64,000 nt of DNA, taken from NCBI GenBank assembly GCA_044225365.1, contig JBGAIQ010000027.1:1-64000 (forward strand), read 5' to 3'. The stretch is from Planctomycetota bacterium (GTDB taxonomy: Bacteria; Planctomycetota; B15-G4; JADJEK01). This document shows, piece by piece, positions 46,753-57,179 of this stretch (position 1 is the stretch's first letter; the number at the start of each line of letters is the position of its first letter). A program made the position numbers and the translations under genes. Under the pieces are notes generated by a model that saw only the letters and a program-made list of their open reading frames with translations, had not been told where the DNA came from and did not search any database.

Positions 46753-47991
46753 ATGGACCGCGCAAGACTGAAGACTCTCCTCGACGAACTCGAGCGCGAC
46801 GGAGTGCTCGACCGCGCGCAACGCGAAGCGGTGTTCCTCCGCCTCGCGAACGATGCGTGGCTCGCGCCGCGAGTCGACTCGACGCCTGCATCGCAAGAAC
46901 CCCCCGAACTCAAGAAGGACGGCCTCGGTCGCTTCGTGAGCATCATCGGGATGTTCGGCGGGTTCCTCCTCGCGCTGGGCGTCTTCAGTCTGTTCGCGTC
47001 GAACTGGGATCACATGTCGAAGGAGACGAAGCTCGTTCTCATCTTCGGCACGCTGATCGGGGTGCACTTCCTCGGCTATCGGCTCGCGGAGTCGCCGGGA
47101 AACGCGCCCAAGATCGGGCGCGGACTCACTGCAGCGGGCGTGCTCATCTTCGGCGGCGCGATCGCGCTCGTCGGGCAGATCTATCACCTCACCGCGCACT
47201 ATCCGAACTGGATGCTCGTCTGGTGGGCGACGTCCCTGCCCCTCGCGATGATCACGCGGTCTCGCACGATCCTGTCCATCGTCATCTTGCTCTTCGGGGC
47301 GTGGGTGTTCTGGCAGGCGGGCGTCTTCCTGGACGACCAGGGAAACTCGTTCGATCATGACTTCGTCGCAGCCTTCGCATCGCTCGCGCTGGGCATCGCG
47401 ATCTTCTTCAAGGGCATCATCGCGATCCTCAACAAGTCGAGTTGGGACGACTTCGCGCAGGTGCTGCGCTTGTACTCCGCACCCGCGGCGATCGGCGCGA
47501 TCTACGTGCTCTCGTTCAAGGACGCGGTCGATCATTCGTCCGGCACGACGGGCTTCATCGTCTTCGCTCCGGCGCTGCTGATCGCGGCGTTGGGCACCGC
47601 CCTGCTCCTGCTCGCCGTCAAGCGACGGGATGGAAGGTCCGACGCCGTCGATGGCCTCGGCCTCGTCGGCGCGTTCGCGATACTCGTGCTCCTCCTGCAC
47701 GCGCACACCGTCCTGATCGTTCTCGTCGCGAACGTGCTTCTCTTCGTCGGGCTCATCGGGATGATCGGGCGCGGCGTCCAGCACGGCGTCCCCGCCTACG
47801 TCAACTACGGCACCCTCGGTTTCCTCGTCGTGCTGATGACGCGGTACTTCGAATATCTCGCGGAGTTGCTCGGACCCTTCTTCTCGTTCTGCGGCGCGGG
47901 CGCGCTCTTGCTCGGCGTCGGATACGTCCTCGAGCGGAAGCGGCGCACCCTCGTTCAGCAGGCGCAGAATTCGATCGCGAGGCTGAAATGA
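46753..47991 (+). CDS. DUF2157 multi-pass membrane protein
   Basis: FASNW, IALVGQIYH, YFEY; many TM segments. Confidence 0.8.
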   Translation: MDRARLKTLLDELERDGVLDRAQREAVFLRLANDAWLAPRVDSTPASQEPPELKKDGLGRFVSIIGMFGGFLLALGVFSLFASNWDHMSKETKLVLIFGTLIGVHFLGYRLAESPGNAPKIGRGLTAAGVLIFGGAIALVGQIYHLTAHYPNWMLVWWATSLPLAMITRSRTILSIVILLFGAWVFWQAGVFLDDQGNSFDHDFVAAFASLALGIAIFFKGIIAILNKSSWDDFAQVLRLYSAPAAIGAIYVLSFKDAVDHSSGTTGFIVFAPALLIAALGTALLLLAVKRRDGRSDAVDGLGLVGAFAILVLLLHAHTVLIVLVANVLLFVGLIGMIGRGVQHGVPAYVNYGTLGFLVVLMTRYFEYLAELLGPFFSFCGAGALLLGVGYVLERKRRTLVQQAQNSIARLK

Positions 47992-48530
47992 CCCGCGCAA
48001 TGAAATACGTCACCGTCATTGCGGTGCAGGTCGCGGTCCTCGTCCTCCTGATCGCGCGCGAGGAGCACACGCTGAAGGATGGTCGCCCCGTCGAACTGCG
48101 CGTCGAGCCCTTCGATCCGATCGACCCGCTCTCCGGGCGCTTCGTCCAGGTTCGACTCGAGATCGATCATCCCTCGGTCGAGATCTTCGAAGCGAATCGC
48201 GACGAACTGAAGCAGGGAGCCTCGGTCTACGTTCTCCTCGACACCAACGCGGATCCCGCAGAAGTGAGTTCCGTCCGATCGATACCGCCGAACGACGATT
48301 CGCCGTTCCTGAAGGCCACGGTCCGCTCCGTCGACGTCACGCAGATGCACCTCGACTACGGTCTCGAGCGGTTCTTCATCCCGAAGGATGCGAAGGATCC
48401 GACGCGCCCGCGCGACTCGATCGGCAACATGAACAACGTCCGACTCCTCGTGAAGATCGACAAGTCGGGACACGCCGTGACGCAGGATCTGCTCGTCAAC
48501 GGCGTGCCGTTCGCGGAGTGGAATCGGTAG
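47988..48530 (+). CDS. GDYXXLXY-domain membrane-anchored protein
   Basis: LRVEPFDPIDPLSGRF, YGLERFFIP; usual DUF2157 partner; ATGA overlap. Confidence 0.75.
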   Translation: MTRAMKYVTVIAVQVAVLVLLIAREEHTLKDGRPVELRVEPFDPIDPLSGRFVQVRLEIDHPSVEIFEANRDELKQGASVYVLLDTNADPAEVSSVRSIPPNDDSPFLKATVRSVDVTQMHLDYGLERFFIPKDAKDPTRPRDSIGNMNNVRLLVKIDKSGHAVTQDLLVNGVPFAEWNR

Positions 48531-48565
48531 GCAGAAATCGCGCGATCCGTCGGCCGTGGTCGCAT

Positions 48566-49687
48566 CTACGAAATTCGAAACGCGTAGTGCTCGGGCTTCT
48601 CGACGGGGGGCAGGAGATGGCGCGGGACCAGGATCGTGCGCGCGGCCCACAGGTCCTGGAAGACGCGATAGCGGAGCGCGACGGCATCGAGATAGTCGAC
48701 GCCCGACGAGCCGCCCGTGCCGACGCGCTTGCCGATGATGCGTTCGGCCATGCGAGCGTGTCGTTGCCGATAGTGGACGATCGTCTGCTCGAGCGCGACG
48801 AGCTTGTCGAGCACTTCACGCGGCCACGCGAGGAGCGGCAGTTCGCGATAGGTCTCGATGAAGAGGATCGCGGCGCGAATCCGCCGGCGGCGTGAACGCT
48901 CGGCGTCCGGCACGTCGAGCGCATTCATGAACTTCGCGGTCTGCTCGTGCTCGGTCGCGTAGCGCTTCTTCAGTTCTTCGCGATCGAGAGCATTCGTCAT
49001 CATCGCACAGGCGTCGTTGCCCGTGGTCTCGAGGAAAGCGGCGTGCCGCTTCAGATACTCAGCGATGAAACGATCGACGACGGCGGCGTCGCTTGCGTCC
49101 TTCGGCATCGAGCCGTGGATCGGCGTGCGGTACAGCCATTCGTCGAGCGCCACTTTGAACGAAGGCAGATCCTTCTTGCGCGCTTCGACGCGTTCGAGTG
49201 CGAACGTCGCGCCGCCCGTCATCGACTTCAAGACGTCCGTGTAGCTGCCGCCCGTGACGTATGGAATGCGCTGGGAGTCGTCGAGGCCGAGGAGGATCTC
49301 GAACTCGCGAAACTGCGGCGATTGGCCGCCGTTCGCCGGGAAGAGCTTGTCGCGGAACTCGAGGTAATCGCGCGTCGTCAGCGTTTCGATGAGCGGGAAG
49401 TGCGAGACCGCGAGTTCGAAGATGATCTTGAGCCGATCGAGCTTGCGACACGCGCCCGCCAGGGCGTCGTCGGGAACGTGAGTTTGCTTGAACAGGTCCC
49501 GCGCCTCGACGAGATCTCGCAGCGCGATCTTGAACCACAGTTCGTAGACCTGATGAACCGTGATGAAGACGACCTCTTCTTGCGCGATCTTTCGATCGTC
49601 GTGTTCTTTCCCGCCTTGGAGGCCGAGGAGTTCCGGAACGCGGATGTATTCCCAGTAGGTCGTCGGAGTCGGCTTCGGTTCGTTCAT
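48566..49687 (-). CDS. kynA: Tryptophan 2,3-dioxygenase
   Basis: YWEY..LL, FITVHQVYELWFK, QSPQFRE.E, RH..MAERIIG..GTGGSSGVDYL. Confidence 0.92.
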   Translation of the reverse strand: MNEPKPTPTTYWEYIRVPELLGLQGGKEHDDRKIAQEEVVFITVHQVYELWFKIALRDLVEARDLFKQTHVPDDALAGACRKLDRLKIIFELAVSHFPLIETLTTRDYLEFRDKLFPANGGQSPQFREFEILLGLDDSQRIPYVTGGSYTDVLKSMTGGATFALERVEARKKDLPSFKVALDEWLYRTPIHGSMPKDASDAAVVDRFIAEYLKRHAAFLETTGNDACAMMTNALDREELKKRYATEHEQTAKFMNALDVPDAERSRRRRIRAAILFIETYRELPLLAWPREVLDKLVALEQTIVHYRQRHARMAERIIGKRVGTGGSSGVDYLDAVALRYRVFQDLWAARTILVPRHLLPPVEKPEHYAFRIS

Positions 49688-49724
49688 GTCGATCGCCGCG
49701 CGCAATCTTCGCGCCGACGCGCGG

Positions 49725-50888
49725 TCAGCGCCGGCCCGCCGCGGCGGTGTTCTTCTCGATCAGGGTGCGGAAGCGATCGAAGAGGTATTGCGACTCGCGC
49801 GGACCGGGCGCGGCTTCGGGGTGATATTGAACCGTGAAGCAGGGCGCCTGCAGCAGTTCGAGTCCCTCGACCGTGCCGTCGTTGAGATTCTTGTGCGAGA
49901 CGCGCGCCTTCTTGGGATCGAGCGTGTCCATGTCCACCGCGAACGAGTGGTTCTGCGACGTGATCTCGATCTTGCCGGTCGTGAGGTCCATCACGGGCTG
50001 GTTGCCGCCGTGGTGCCCGAACTTCATCTTGTAGGTCTTCGCGCCGAGCGCGAGCGCCGTCAATTGGTGGCCGAGGCAGATCCCGAACGTCGGGATCTTC
50101 TCGCCGATGAAGTGACGGATGGCCTCGATCGCGTAGCCGACCGGCTCGGGATCGCCCGGTCCGTTGCTGAGGAAGACGCCATCCGGCGCCATCGCGATCA
50201 CGTCCTTCGCCTTGGTCTGCGCGGGGACGACCGTCACGTCGAAGCCCGAGTGGACGAGCGAGCGCAGGATGTTGTTCTTGATGCCGTAGTCGTACGCGAC
50301 CACTTTGTAGGTCGGCCGCTCACCCGCGAACGGGCCCGGCATGAAGTCCTTCGCATAGCTCTCCGACCAGCGCTCCTGCGACTTCCTCGTCACGTCCTTC
50401 ACGAGATCGAGGCCGTCGGTCTTCGGCGACGCGAGCACCTTGGCGAGGAGCGATTTCGGATCGAGGTCCTTCGAGGAGATCACGGCGCGCATCGCGCCCT
50501 TGCTGCGGACGGCGAGCACGATCTCGCGCGTATCGACGTCGGAGATGCCGACGACGCCGTGGCGCTTCATGTATTCGTCGAGGCTCTCGTTCGAGCGGAA
50601 GTTCGAGGTGACCTCGCTCACTTCGCGCACGATGAACCCCTGCGTGTAGACCTTCTTCGACTCGACATCGGCCGGGTTCGTGCCGTAGTTCCCGATGAGC
50701 GGGTAGGTCATGAGGACGATCTGGCCGAAGTACGAGGGATCGGTGAGGATCTCCTGGTAGCCGCACATCGACGTGTTGAAGACCACCTCACCGAACGCCT
50801 CGCCGCGAGCGCCGAACGCGACGCCCTCGAGCGTCATTCCGTCTTCGAATACGAGAAGGGCTTTGTCGCGGGGAAGCTTTGGAGCCAT
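49725..50888 (-). CDS. carA: Carbamoyl-phosphate synthase small subunit
   Basis: [35 protein letters not shown]. Confidence 0.97.
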   Translation of the reverse strand: MAPKLPRDKALLVFEDGMTLEGVAFGARGEAFGEVVFNTSMCGYQEILTDPSYFGQIVLMTYPLIGNYGTNPADVESKKVYTQGFIVREVSEVTSNFRSNESLDEYMKRHGVVGISDVDTREIVLAVRSKGAMRAVISSKDLDPKSLLAKVLASPKTDGLDLVKDVTRKSQERWSESYAKDFMPGPFAGERPTYKVVAYDYGIKNNILRSLVHSGFDVTVVPAQTKAKDVIAMAPDGVFLSNGPGDPEPVGYAIEAIRHFIGEKIPTFGICLGHQLTALALGAKTYKMKFGHHGGNQPVMDLTTGKIEITSQNHSFAVDMDTLDPKKARVSHKNLNDGTVEGLELLQAPCFTVQYHPEAAPGPRESQYLFDRFRTLIEKNTAAAGRR

Positions 50889-50925
50889 GCCTTCGGTCGT
50901 CTCCGGTGAGAGGGGAGTTTCGTTG

Positions 50926-51705
50926 TCAGGTCGTCGGCGCGGTCGCTTCGTGGGCGTCGTCGTCCGCGTTGATCAGCCCTGCAAGGTAACCTGCGCCGAA
51001 GCCATTGTCGATGTTGACGACAGCGACATTCGGCGAACACGAGTTCAACATGCCGAGAAGGGCCGCAAGCCCTTGGAACGACGCGCCATAGCCGATGCTC
51101 GTCGGCACCGCGATCACCGGCCGTTTCACGAGTCCTCCGACGACGGAGGCGAGCGCGCCCTCCATTCCGGCCGCGACGACGACCGCTTTGGCGCGACGCA
51201 GCAAGTCGAGTTCGGCGAACAGGCGATGGATGCCGGCGACGCCGACGTCGATTCGCTGCTCCACGTTCGCTCCCAGCATCCTCGCGGTGAGCGTGGCTTC
51301 TGCAGCGACCCGCAGGTCGGAGGTGCCCGCCGACAGGACGGCGACGAGTCCGCTGCACACGCGCGGCGTCCCGCGCTCGAGCGTGATCGCGCAAGCGTCC
51401 TCGTGCCACACGGCTTCGCGGACTCGATCCTTCACGGCGTCGCGGATCTCGATCGAGGCGCGCGTCATCAAGATGCGATCGGACTTCTCGAACAGGCGCT
51501 CGGCGATCTGCGCCGCGTGTTCGGGCCGCTTGCCGGAGCAGAACACCACTTCGGGGAACCCGCAGCGCAACTCGCGTTCGTGATCGACGCGCGCGAAGCC
51601 GAGGTCGGTGAACGACGGCCTCCCGATCTGGCGGGCCGCATTGTCGACCGACACCGCGCCGGCAGCCACCGCGCGCAGCAGCATCACGAGTTCGGATTCG
51701 TTCAT
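50926..51705 (-). CDS. larB: Nickel-pincer cofactor biosynthesis protein LarB (PurE-like)
   Basis: [52 protein letters not shown]. Confidence 0.93.
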   Translation of the reverse strand: MNESELVMLLRAVAAGAVSVDNAARQIGRPSFTDLGFARVDHERELRCGFPEVVFCSGKRPEHAAQIAERLFEKSDRILMTRASIEIRDAVKDRVREAVWHEDACAITLERGTPRVCSGLVAVLSAGTSDLRVAAEATLTARMLGANVEQRIDVGVAGIHRLFAELDLLRRAKAVVVAAGMEGALASVVGGLVKRPVIAVPTSIGYGASFQGLAALLGMLNSCSPNVAVVNIDNGFGAGYLAGLINADDDAHEATAPTT

Positions 51706-52721
51706 GAATTCGGCCTGGCGTCGATCGAGAGGTCGTCGGGTCCGTGCAGCACGAACTCATGGTAACCGAGACCGGCGATCATCGCTCCGTTGTCGGTGCA
51801 ACGCGCCCTCGAAGGCAGATGAAGCTCGATGCCGCGATCCGATGCGAGAGACTCGAAGCGCCGTCGGATCTCGGAGTTCGCGGCGCAGCCGCCACCGATC
51901 AGGATCGACTTCGCACCGCAGGCGTCCACGGCGGCGAGCGTCGCCAGGACGAGGCCGTCGACGACGGAGCGTTGGAACGACGCTGCGATGTCGCGGAGGT
52001 TCTTGTCGTCGAGCACGAGCGGCGGCGCCTTCTTGTTCTCGCCCGTGACGCGATACCGCACGGCGGTCTTGAGGCCCGAGAACGAGAAATCGGTTCCGCC
52101 CCGTTCTTGGAGTGGCGGTTTGAACTTGAAGGCGTCGGAATCGCCCTCTTGCGCGAGGCGATCGAGGATCGGACCGCCCGGATATCCGAGATGGAGTAAT
52201 GCCGCGACCTTGTCGTAGGCTTCGCCGCAGGCGTCGTCCTGCGTGTTGCCGACCTCGACGAACGAAAAGGGATCCGGGCCATCGCAGCGATAGAGAACGG
52301 TGTGACCGCCCGACACGACGAGGGCGATCGCCGGCAATCGCGGGGCCGTGCCGCGATCCATCCACGAGGCGAAGACGTGCGCTCTCACGTGATCGACTCC
52401 GATGATCGGCTTCTTCGCGGCGAGTGCGAGCGATTTGGCCACCGCGACTCCGACGAGCAACGCGCCGATCAAGCCGGGGCGATTCGTCACCGCGATCGCG
52501 TCGATCTCATCGAGCCTAAGCTTTGCATCGCAAAGAGCTTGTTCGACGACCGGAAGGATCACCTCGAGATGACTGCGGCTCGCGATCTCCGGCACGGGTC
52601 CGCCGTACGGCGCGTGCAATTCGACCTGCGAGCGAACGACGTCCGAGAGCACGCGATGACCGTCTTCGACGACGGCCGCCGCGGTCTCGTCGCAGCTCGA
52701 TTCGATGCCGAGGATCCGCAC
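51702..52721 (-). CDS. tsaD: tRNA threonylcarbamoyltransferase TsaD
   Basis: ILGIESSCDET, PEIASRSH, VSGGHT, DDACGEAYDK, FSFSGLKT, TDNGAMI; GTG start. Confidence 0.95.
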   Translation of the reverse strand: MRILGIESSCDETAAAVVEDGHRVLSDVVRSQVELHAPYGGPVPEIASRSHLEVILPVVEQALCDAKLRLDEIDAIAVTNRPGLIGALLVGVAVAKSLALAAKKPIIGVDHVRAHVFASWMDRGTAPRLPAIALVVSGGHTVLYRCDGPDPFSFVEVGNTQDDACGEAYDKVAALLHLGYPGGPILDRLAQEGDSDAFKFKPPLQERGGTDFSFSGLKTAVRYRVTGENKKAPPLVLDDKNLRDIAASFQRSVVDGLVLATLAAVDACGAKSILIGGGCAANSEIRRRFESLASDRGIELHLPSRARCTDNGAMIAGLGYHEFVLHGPDDLSIDARPNS

Positions 52722-52732
52722 CGGCGAGGGCC

Positions 52733-54154
52733 TCAGTAGACCTTCTGGAACGCCGGAACGCCGTTCAGTACGTCGATCGCGCGCTCGAGTTGCCGATCGC
52801 GGAACTTGCCGTCCTGCACTTGCGTCACCTTCGGGCAGCGCTCGCGGATGAGCGCCCAAGTGGAATCCGCGATCTCGCGGTCCTTCTGATACTGCTCGAA
52901 GTCGCGCGCTTCCTGCTCGTCCTCGAGGAGGATCGGAACGTCGGGAACGAGTCCGCCGCGACGTCGCTCGTTGCCGAATCCGAAGCGCGCCTCGATGAGG
53001 CGACCGGACGGCGTGAGATAGCGTGAAGTCGTGATCTTCAGGACGGCGACCTTGTGGTCGGCCTCGGTGCCGTAAGGCCGCTGGATCTGCGTCTGCACCA
53101 TCCCCTTGCCGAACGTGCGTTCGCCGACGAGGGTCGCGCGCAGATGGTCCTGCAAGGCGCCCGACACGATCTCCGACGCGCTCGCGCTGCCGGCGTCGAC
53201 GAGGACGCTGAGCGGGAGATCGAACCAACCGAGGCGCTTGCCGTCGCGCATCAGTTGCTCGGTCTTGTAGGTCACGTTGTTGTCTTCCGTGCGCCCTTCG
53301 GTTCGCACGACGACGGCATCGTCGAGGAACAGGCTCGTCACCTGGATCGCTTGCGTGAGCAAGCCACCGCGATTGTGTCGCAGGTCGAGCACGAGCGACT
53401 TCATCCCTTGCGCGTCGAGGGCGAGCATCGCCGCGACGAGTTCCTCGGTCGTGTGCTCGTGGAAGTCCGCGACCCGCACGTAGCCGACACCGGATTTCGT
53501 GTCGACGATGCGCGGATCGAACACCGACGGCGTGTCGATCAGCTCACGAACGACGACGAGTTCCCTCTCTGCGGTGGCGTCCTTCGAGCCGTACGGGCGA
53601 ACGCGCAGCTTCACCGGCGTGCCCGGGAGATTCTTGATCTTCTTCACGATCTCGTCGCTCTTCTTGCCGGCGCAGTCCTCGCCGTCGACGGCGACGATTC
53701 GATCGCCCGGCATCAGCCCCGCCTTCGCGGCGGGAGAGCCCGGGAACGGATAGAGCACGGTGACCGGGTCGCCCGCGGCGTAGAGCACGAAACCGATGCC
53801 GACGTACTGACCCTCGGCCTCCTCGCGGTACTTCTCGAAGTCATCGGGGCTGACGAAATCGGAGTACGGATCGAGGCTCGCGGTCATGCCCTTGATCGCT
53901 TCCCAGGCGAGGCGATCGGAGTCGATCGGTTCGACATAACGTTCGGCGATCAGGTTCGAGGCGTCGACGATCCAGGCGAGGCGATCCTTGCCGAGGTCGG
54001 TTCCCGGTTTCACGACGAAGTGGTAGACGAGGAGCAGTGCACACGCCGAGGCGAGTGCGGGGAACACGAAGAACTGGATGAACGTGCGAAAGAGGAAGCG
54101 ACCGACCGGCTCGCGTTGCATTGGAGTCCGATCCGATCCGTTGAGGATGTCCAT
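52733..54154 (-). CDS. ctpA: S41A C-terminal processing peptidase (PDZ)
   Basis: LDPYS, PDZ domain, DLRHNRGG, SASASEI, TFGKG. Confidence 0.9.
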   Translation of the reverse strand: MDILNGSDRTPMQREPVGRFLFRTFIQFFVFPALASACALLLVYHFVVKPGTDLGKDRLAWIVDASNLIAERYVEPIDSDRLAWEAIKGMTASLDPYSDFVSPDDFEKYREEAEGQYVGIGFVLYAAGDPVTVLYPFPGSPAAKAGLMPGDRIVAVDGEDCAGKKSDEIVKKIKNLPGTPVKLRVRPYGSKDATAERELVVVRELIDTPSVFDPRIVDTKSGVGYVRVADFHEHTTEELVAAMLALDAQGMKSLVLDLRHNRGGLLTQAIQVTSLFLDDAVVVRTEGRTEDNNVTYKTEQLMRDGKRLGWFDLPLSVLVDAGSASASEIVSGALQDHLRATLVGERTFGKGMVQTQIQRPYGTEADHKVAVLKITTSRYLTPSGRLIEARFGFGNERRRGGLVPDVPILLEDEQEARDFEQYQKDREIADSTWALIRERCPKVTQVQDGKFRDRQLERAIDVLNGVPAFQKVY

Positions 54155-54193
54155 TTCGATGTCGCTCCGGTGAAGACGCGGCGCGTTGTCGTC

Positions 54194-55399
54194 TCAGCGC
54201 AGCGATTCGACGAATCTGGCAATCCGAGTGCAGCCTTCTTCGAGGCTCTCGTACGAAGCAGCGTACGATAGCCGAAACGCTTCGTCATCGCCGAATGCGC
54301 CGCCGGGGACCACGGACACGAAGGCTTCGTCGAGGAGCTGATCGCAGAACGTCGTCGAGTTCGTGATCTTCACGCCGCGCGGCGTGGTCTTGCCGAAGAG
54401 CTTGCGGATCGTGGGAAATGCGTAGAACGCGCCTTCCGCAGCCTTGATCTCGAAACCGGGGATCGAGGAGAAACGATCGAGGACGAGCTTGCGCCGCCGA
54501 TCGAACTCCGCGCGCATCGGTGGGATGTCGTCGCGGCAGTCGCGCACGCCTTTCTCGGCGGCGTGCTGCGCGATCGACGATGCGTTCGATGTCGTGTGGC
54601 TCTGGATGCGGCCCATCGCCTCGAGTAGGGGCTTCGCGGCCGCGGCGAATCCGAGTCGCCAGCCCGTCATCGCGAACGCCTTGCTCATCCCGTGGCAGAC
54701 GATCGTGCGGTCGCGCATCCGGGGATCGACCGCGGCGATCGAGACGTGGTGATTGTCGCCGTAGACGAGCGGACCGTAGATCTCGTCGGAGACGACGACG
54801 AGATCGTTCGCCACGACCACGTCGGCGATCGCGCGCAGTTCGTCCTTCGACAGCACGGCGCCGGTTGGGTTGTTCGGCGAGTTCAGGATGAGGACGCGCG
54901 ATTTCGACGTGATCGCTCGCTCGAGGTCACGCGGGTCGAGGTGATAGGCGTTCTCCGCGCGGGTCGGAATCTCCTTCACGACGCCTTCGCAGAAGTGCAC
55001 GAGTTCGGGATACGTGACCCAGTAGGGCACGGGCAGCAGGACTTCGTCGCCGGGATCGACGAGCGCGAGCAGCGCGTGTGCGATCGCTTGCTTCGCCCCC
55101 GCGGTGACGAGGATCTCGGACGTCGCCATGTAACGAACGCCCTGTTCCTCGAAGAGCCAGTCCGAGATCGCCTGCCGTAAGGAGAGGATGCCCTCGTTTG
55201 CGGTGTACCGGGTCTCTCCGCGATGGATCGCGGCGACGGCGGCGTCCTTCACTCGGACGGGAGTATCGAAATCCGGTTCGCCCAATCCGAAGACGAGCAC
55301 GGGGAGACCGCGCGACTGCATCTCGGCGGCCCGCTTGGCGAGCGCGAACGTCGCGGACGGATTGAGGCGCTTGGCGCGCTGGCTCAGATGGGGACTCAT
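54194..55399 (-). CDS. Class I/II PLP-dependent (aspartate) aminotransferase
   Basis: GEPDF, NSPNNPTG, SDEIY, SKAFAMTGWRLG. Confidence 0.93.
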   Translation of the reverse strand: MSPHLSQRAKRLNPSATFALAKRAAEMQSRGLPVLVFGLGEPDFDTPVRVKDAAVAAIHRGETRYTANEGILSLRQAISDWLFEEQGVRYMATSEILVTAGAKQAIAHALLALVDPGDEVLLPVPYWVTYPELVHFCEGVVKEIPTRAENAYHLDPRDLERAITSKSRVLILNSPNNPTGAVLSKDELRAIADVVVANDLVVVSDEIYGPLVYGDNHHVSIAAVDPRMRDRTIVCHGMSKAFAMTGWRLGFAAAAKPLLEAMGRIQSHTTSNASSIAQHAAEKGVRDCRDDIPPMRAEFDRRRKLVLDRFSSIPGFEIKAAEGAFYAFPTIRKLFGKTTPRGVKITNSTTFCDQLLDEAFVSVVPGGAFGDDEAFRLSYAASYESLEEGCTRIARFVESLR

Positions 55400-55630
55400 T
55401 GCGGCCATCGAAGGGTCCGTGCACCGGTCGACCGCCGAGGGGAGCGGAGGTGGGTGCGGGACTGGGGGATCTTAACGAGCGGCATCAGGAGTCTTTCGCA
55501 GGGGCTGGCGGAGTTCCCGCGATGGACTCCGTTCTGGACTCGAAGGAGACTCGGACCGGAGAAACTACCCGGAGGGACCGCGATTTGCGAACCGGTAGCG
55601 GCCCTCTCGCTTGTCGAACGCAGGTAACTC

Positions 55631-57001
55631 ATGGTCGCCGTGGCATCGTCCTTTCCGGTCGTCGATCCCGCGCTCCTCGAGCGCTACGAAATCGCGGCGC
55701 CGCGGTATACGAGCTACCCGACCGTCCCGGAGTGGAGCGAACTCTCCGGGGACGAGTACGGCAGACGACTCGTCGCTGCGGGAAGTGGCGCCGCGCGAGG
55801 CGAGCCGCTGTCCTTGTACGTGCACCTGCCGTTCTGCGAGGAGCTCTGCTCCTACTGTGGATGCAACGTCGTCGTTGCGCGCAATCGAACCGTAGCGGAT
55901 TCCTATCTCGACCGCGTACTCGCCGAGATCGCGCTCGCCGCCGACCGACTCGGCTCGCGGCGCACGTTCGACCAACTCCACTATGGCGGGGGCACTCCGA
56001 CCTTCTTGTCGGAGGAACAGCTCGAGCGGCTCTACGCCGGGATCCGGAAGTACTTCACGCCGACGATGGACGCGGAACTCGCGATCGAGGTCGATCCGGT
56101 CGTCACCACGCGATCGCAGCTCGCGCTCTTGCGCAGCCAGGGATTCAACCGACTGTCGCTCGGAGTCCAGGACCTCGATCCCGTGGTGCAGGCCGCCGTG
56201 CGGCGCATTCAGACGGTGGAGCAGACGCAGGCCGTCGTCGACGCAGCCCGCGAACTCGGTTTCACGGGCATCAACTTCGATCTCATCTACGGCCTCCCGC
56301 ACCAGACGAAGGAGGGCTTCGCCCGCACGATGGAGCAGGTGCTCGCGATGCGCCCGGACCGTGCGGCGGTCTACTCGTTCGCGTACCTGCCGAGTCAGCG
56401 CACGCATCAATCGCGGATCGAGGAGAGCGCGGTGCCGACGGGTGGCCGGAAGCTCGAGCTCTTCGCGACGGCGTACGACGCCTTCGTCCACGCGGGCTAT
56501 CGCCCGATCGGGATGGATCACTTCGCGCATCCGACGGATGATCTCGCACGCGCCCAGGCCGAGAAGCGCCTCGGGCGCAACTTCCAGGGCTACACCGCGC
56601 GAAGGGTCGGCGACGTGATCGCGTTCGGCGCCACGGCGATCAGCGACGTCGCGGGTGTCTACGCCCAGAACGTTCGCCCGCTGAACAAGTACTACGCCGC
56701 CATCGACCAGGGCGAGTTCGCGACCGAGCGCGGAATCGTCACGACCGCGGACGACCGCGCCCGCCGCGCGATCATCTCGTCGCTGATGTGCAACTTCTTC
56801 GTCGACCTCGGCGAGCACGGTCGGGCGCGCTACGCCCGTGCGTGGGAGGCTCTCGAGCGTCTAGAGCGCGAGGGGCTCGTCCACCTCGACGGCTCGACGA
56901 TCACGCTCACCTCGCTCGGCACGATCTTCGTGCGCAACGTGGCGAGCGTGTTCGACGCGTACCTCGGGCGCAGCGAGCGATTGTTCTCGAAAGCCGTCTA
57001 G
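55631..57001 (+). CDS. hemN: Oxygen-independent coproporphyrinogen III oxidase
   Basis: PRYTSYPT, HLPFCEELCSYCGC, GGGTP, GMDHFA, RNFQGY. Confidence 0.93.
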   Translation: MVAVASSFPVVDPALLERYEIAAPRYTSYPTVPEWSELSGDEYGRRLVAAGSGAARGEPLSLYVHLPFCEELCSYCGCNVVVARNRTVADSYLDRVLAEIALAADRLGSRRTFDQLHYGGGTPTFLSEEQLERLYAGIRKYFTPTMDAELAIEVDPVVTTRSQLALLRSQGFNRLSLGVQDLDPVVQAAVRRIQTVEQTQAVVDAARELGFTGINFDLIYGLPHQTKEGFARTMEQVLAMRPDRAAVYSFAYLPSQRTHQSRIEESAVPTGGRKLELFATAYDAFVHAGYRPIGMDHFAHPTDDLARAQAEKRLGRNFQGYTARRVGDVIAFGATAISDVAGVYAQNVRPLNKYYAAIDQGEFATERGIVTTADDRARRAIISSLMCNFFVDLGEHGRARYARAWEALERLEREGLVHLDGSTITLTSLGTIFVRNVASVFDAYLGRSERLFSKAV

Positions 57002-57014
57002 GCGCGATCCACCC

Positions 57015-57173
57015 CGACCGCCGAATCCTGCCGGACCGCCGAATCCTGCCGGACCGCCGAATCCTGCCGGACCGCCGAATCCTGTCGGACCGCCGCGCTC
57101 CAGCGCGGCTCTGGGGACCGCCTAGTCTGTTAGGACCGCCGAATCCTGCCGGACCGCCGCGCTCCAGCGCGGC
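57015..57173. repeat. 18-bp tandem repeats plus two full REP-like palindromes
   Basis: GGACCGCCGAATCCTGCC units at 57015, 57033, 57051, 57069, 57133; GGACCGCCGCGCTCCAGCGCGGC at 57087 and 57151. Confidence 0.9.
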
Positions 57174-57179
57174 TCTGGC

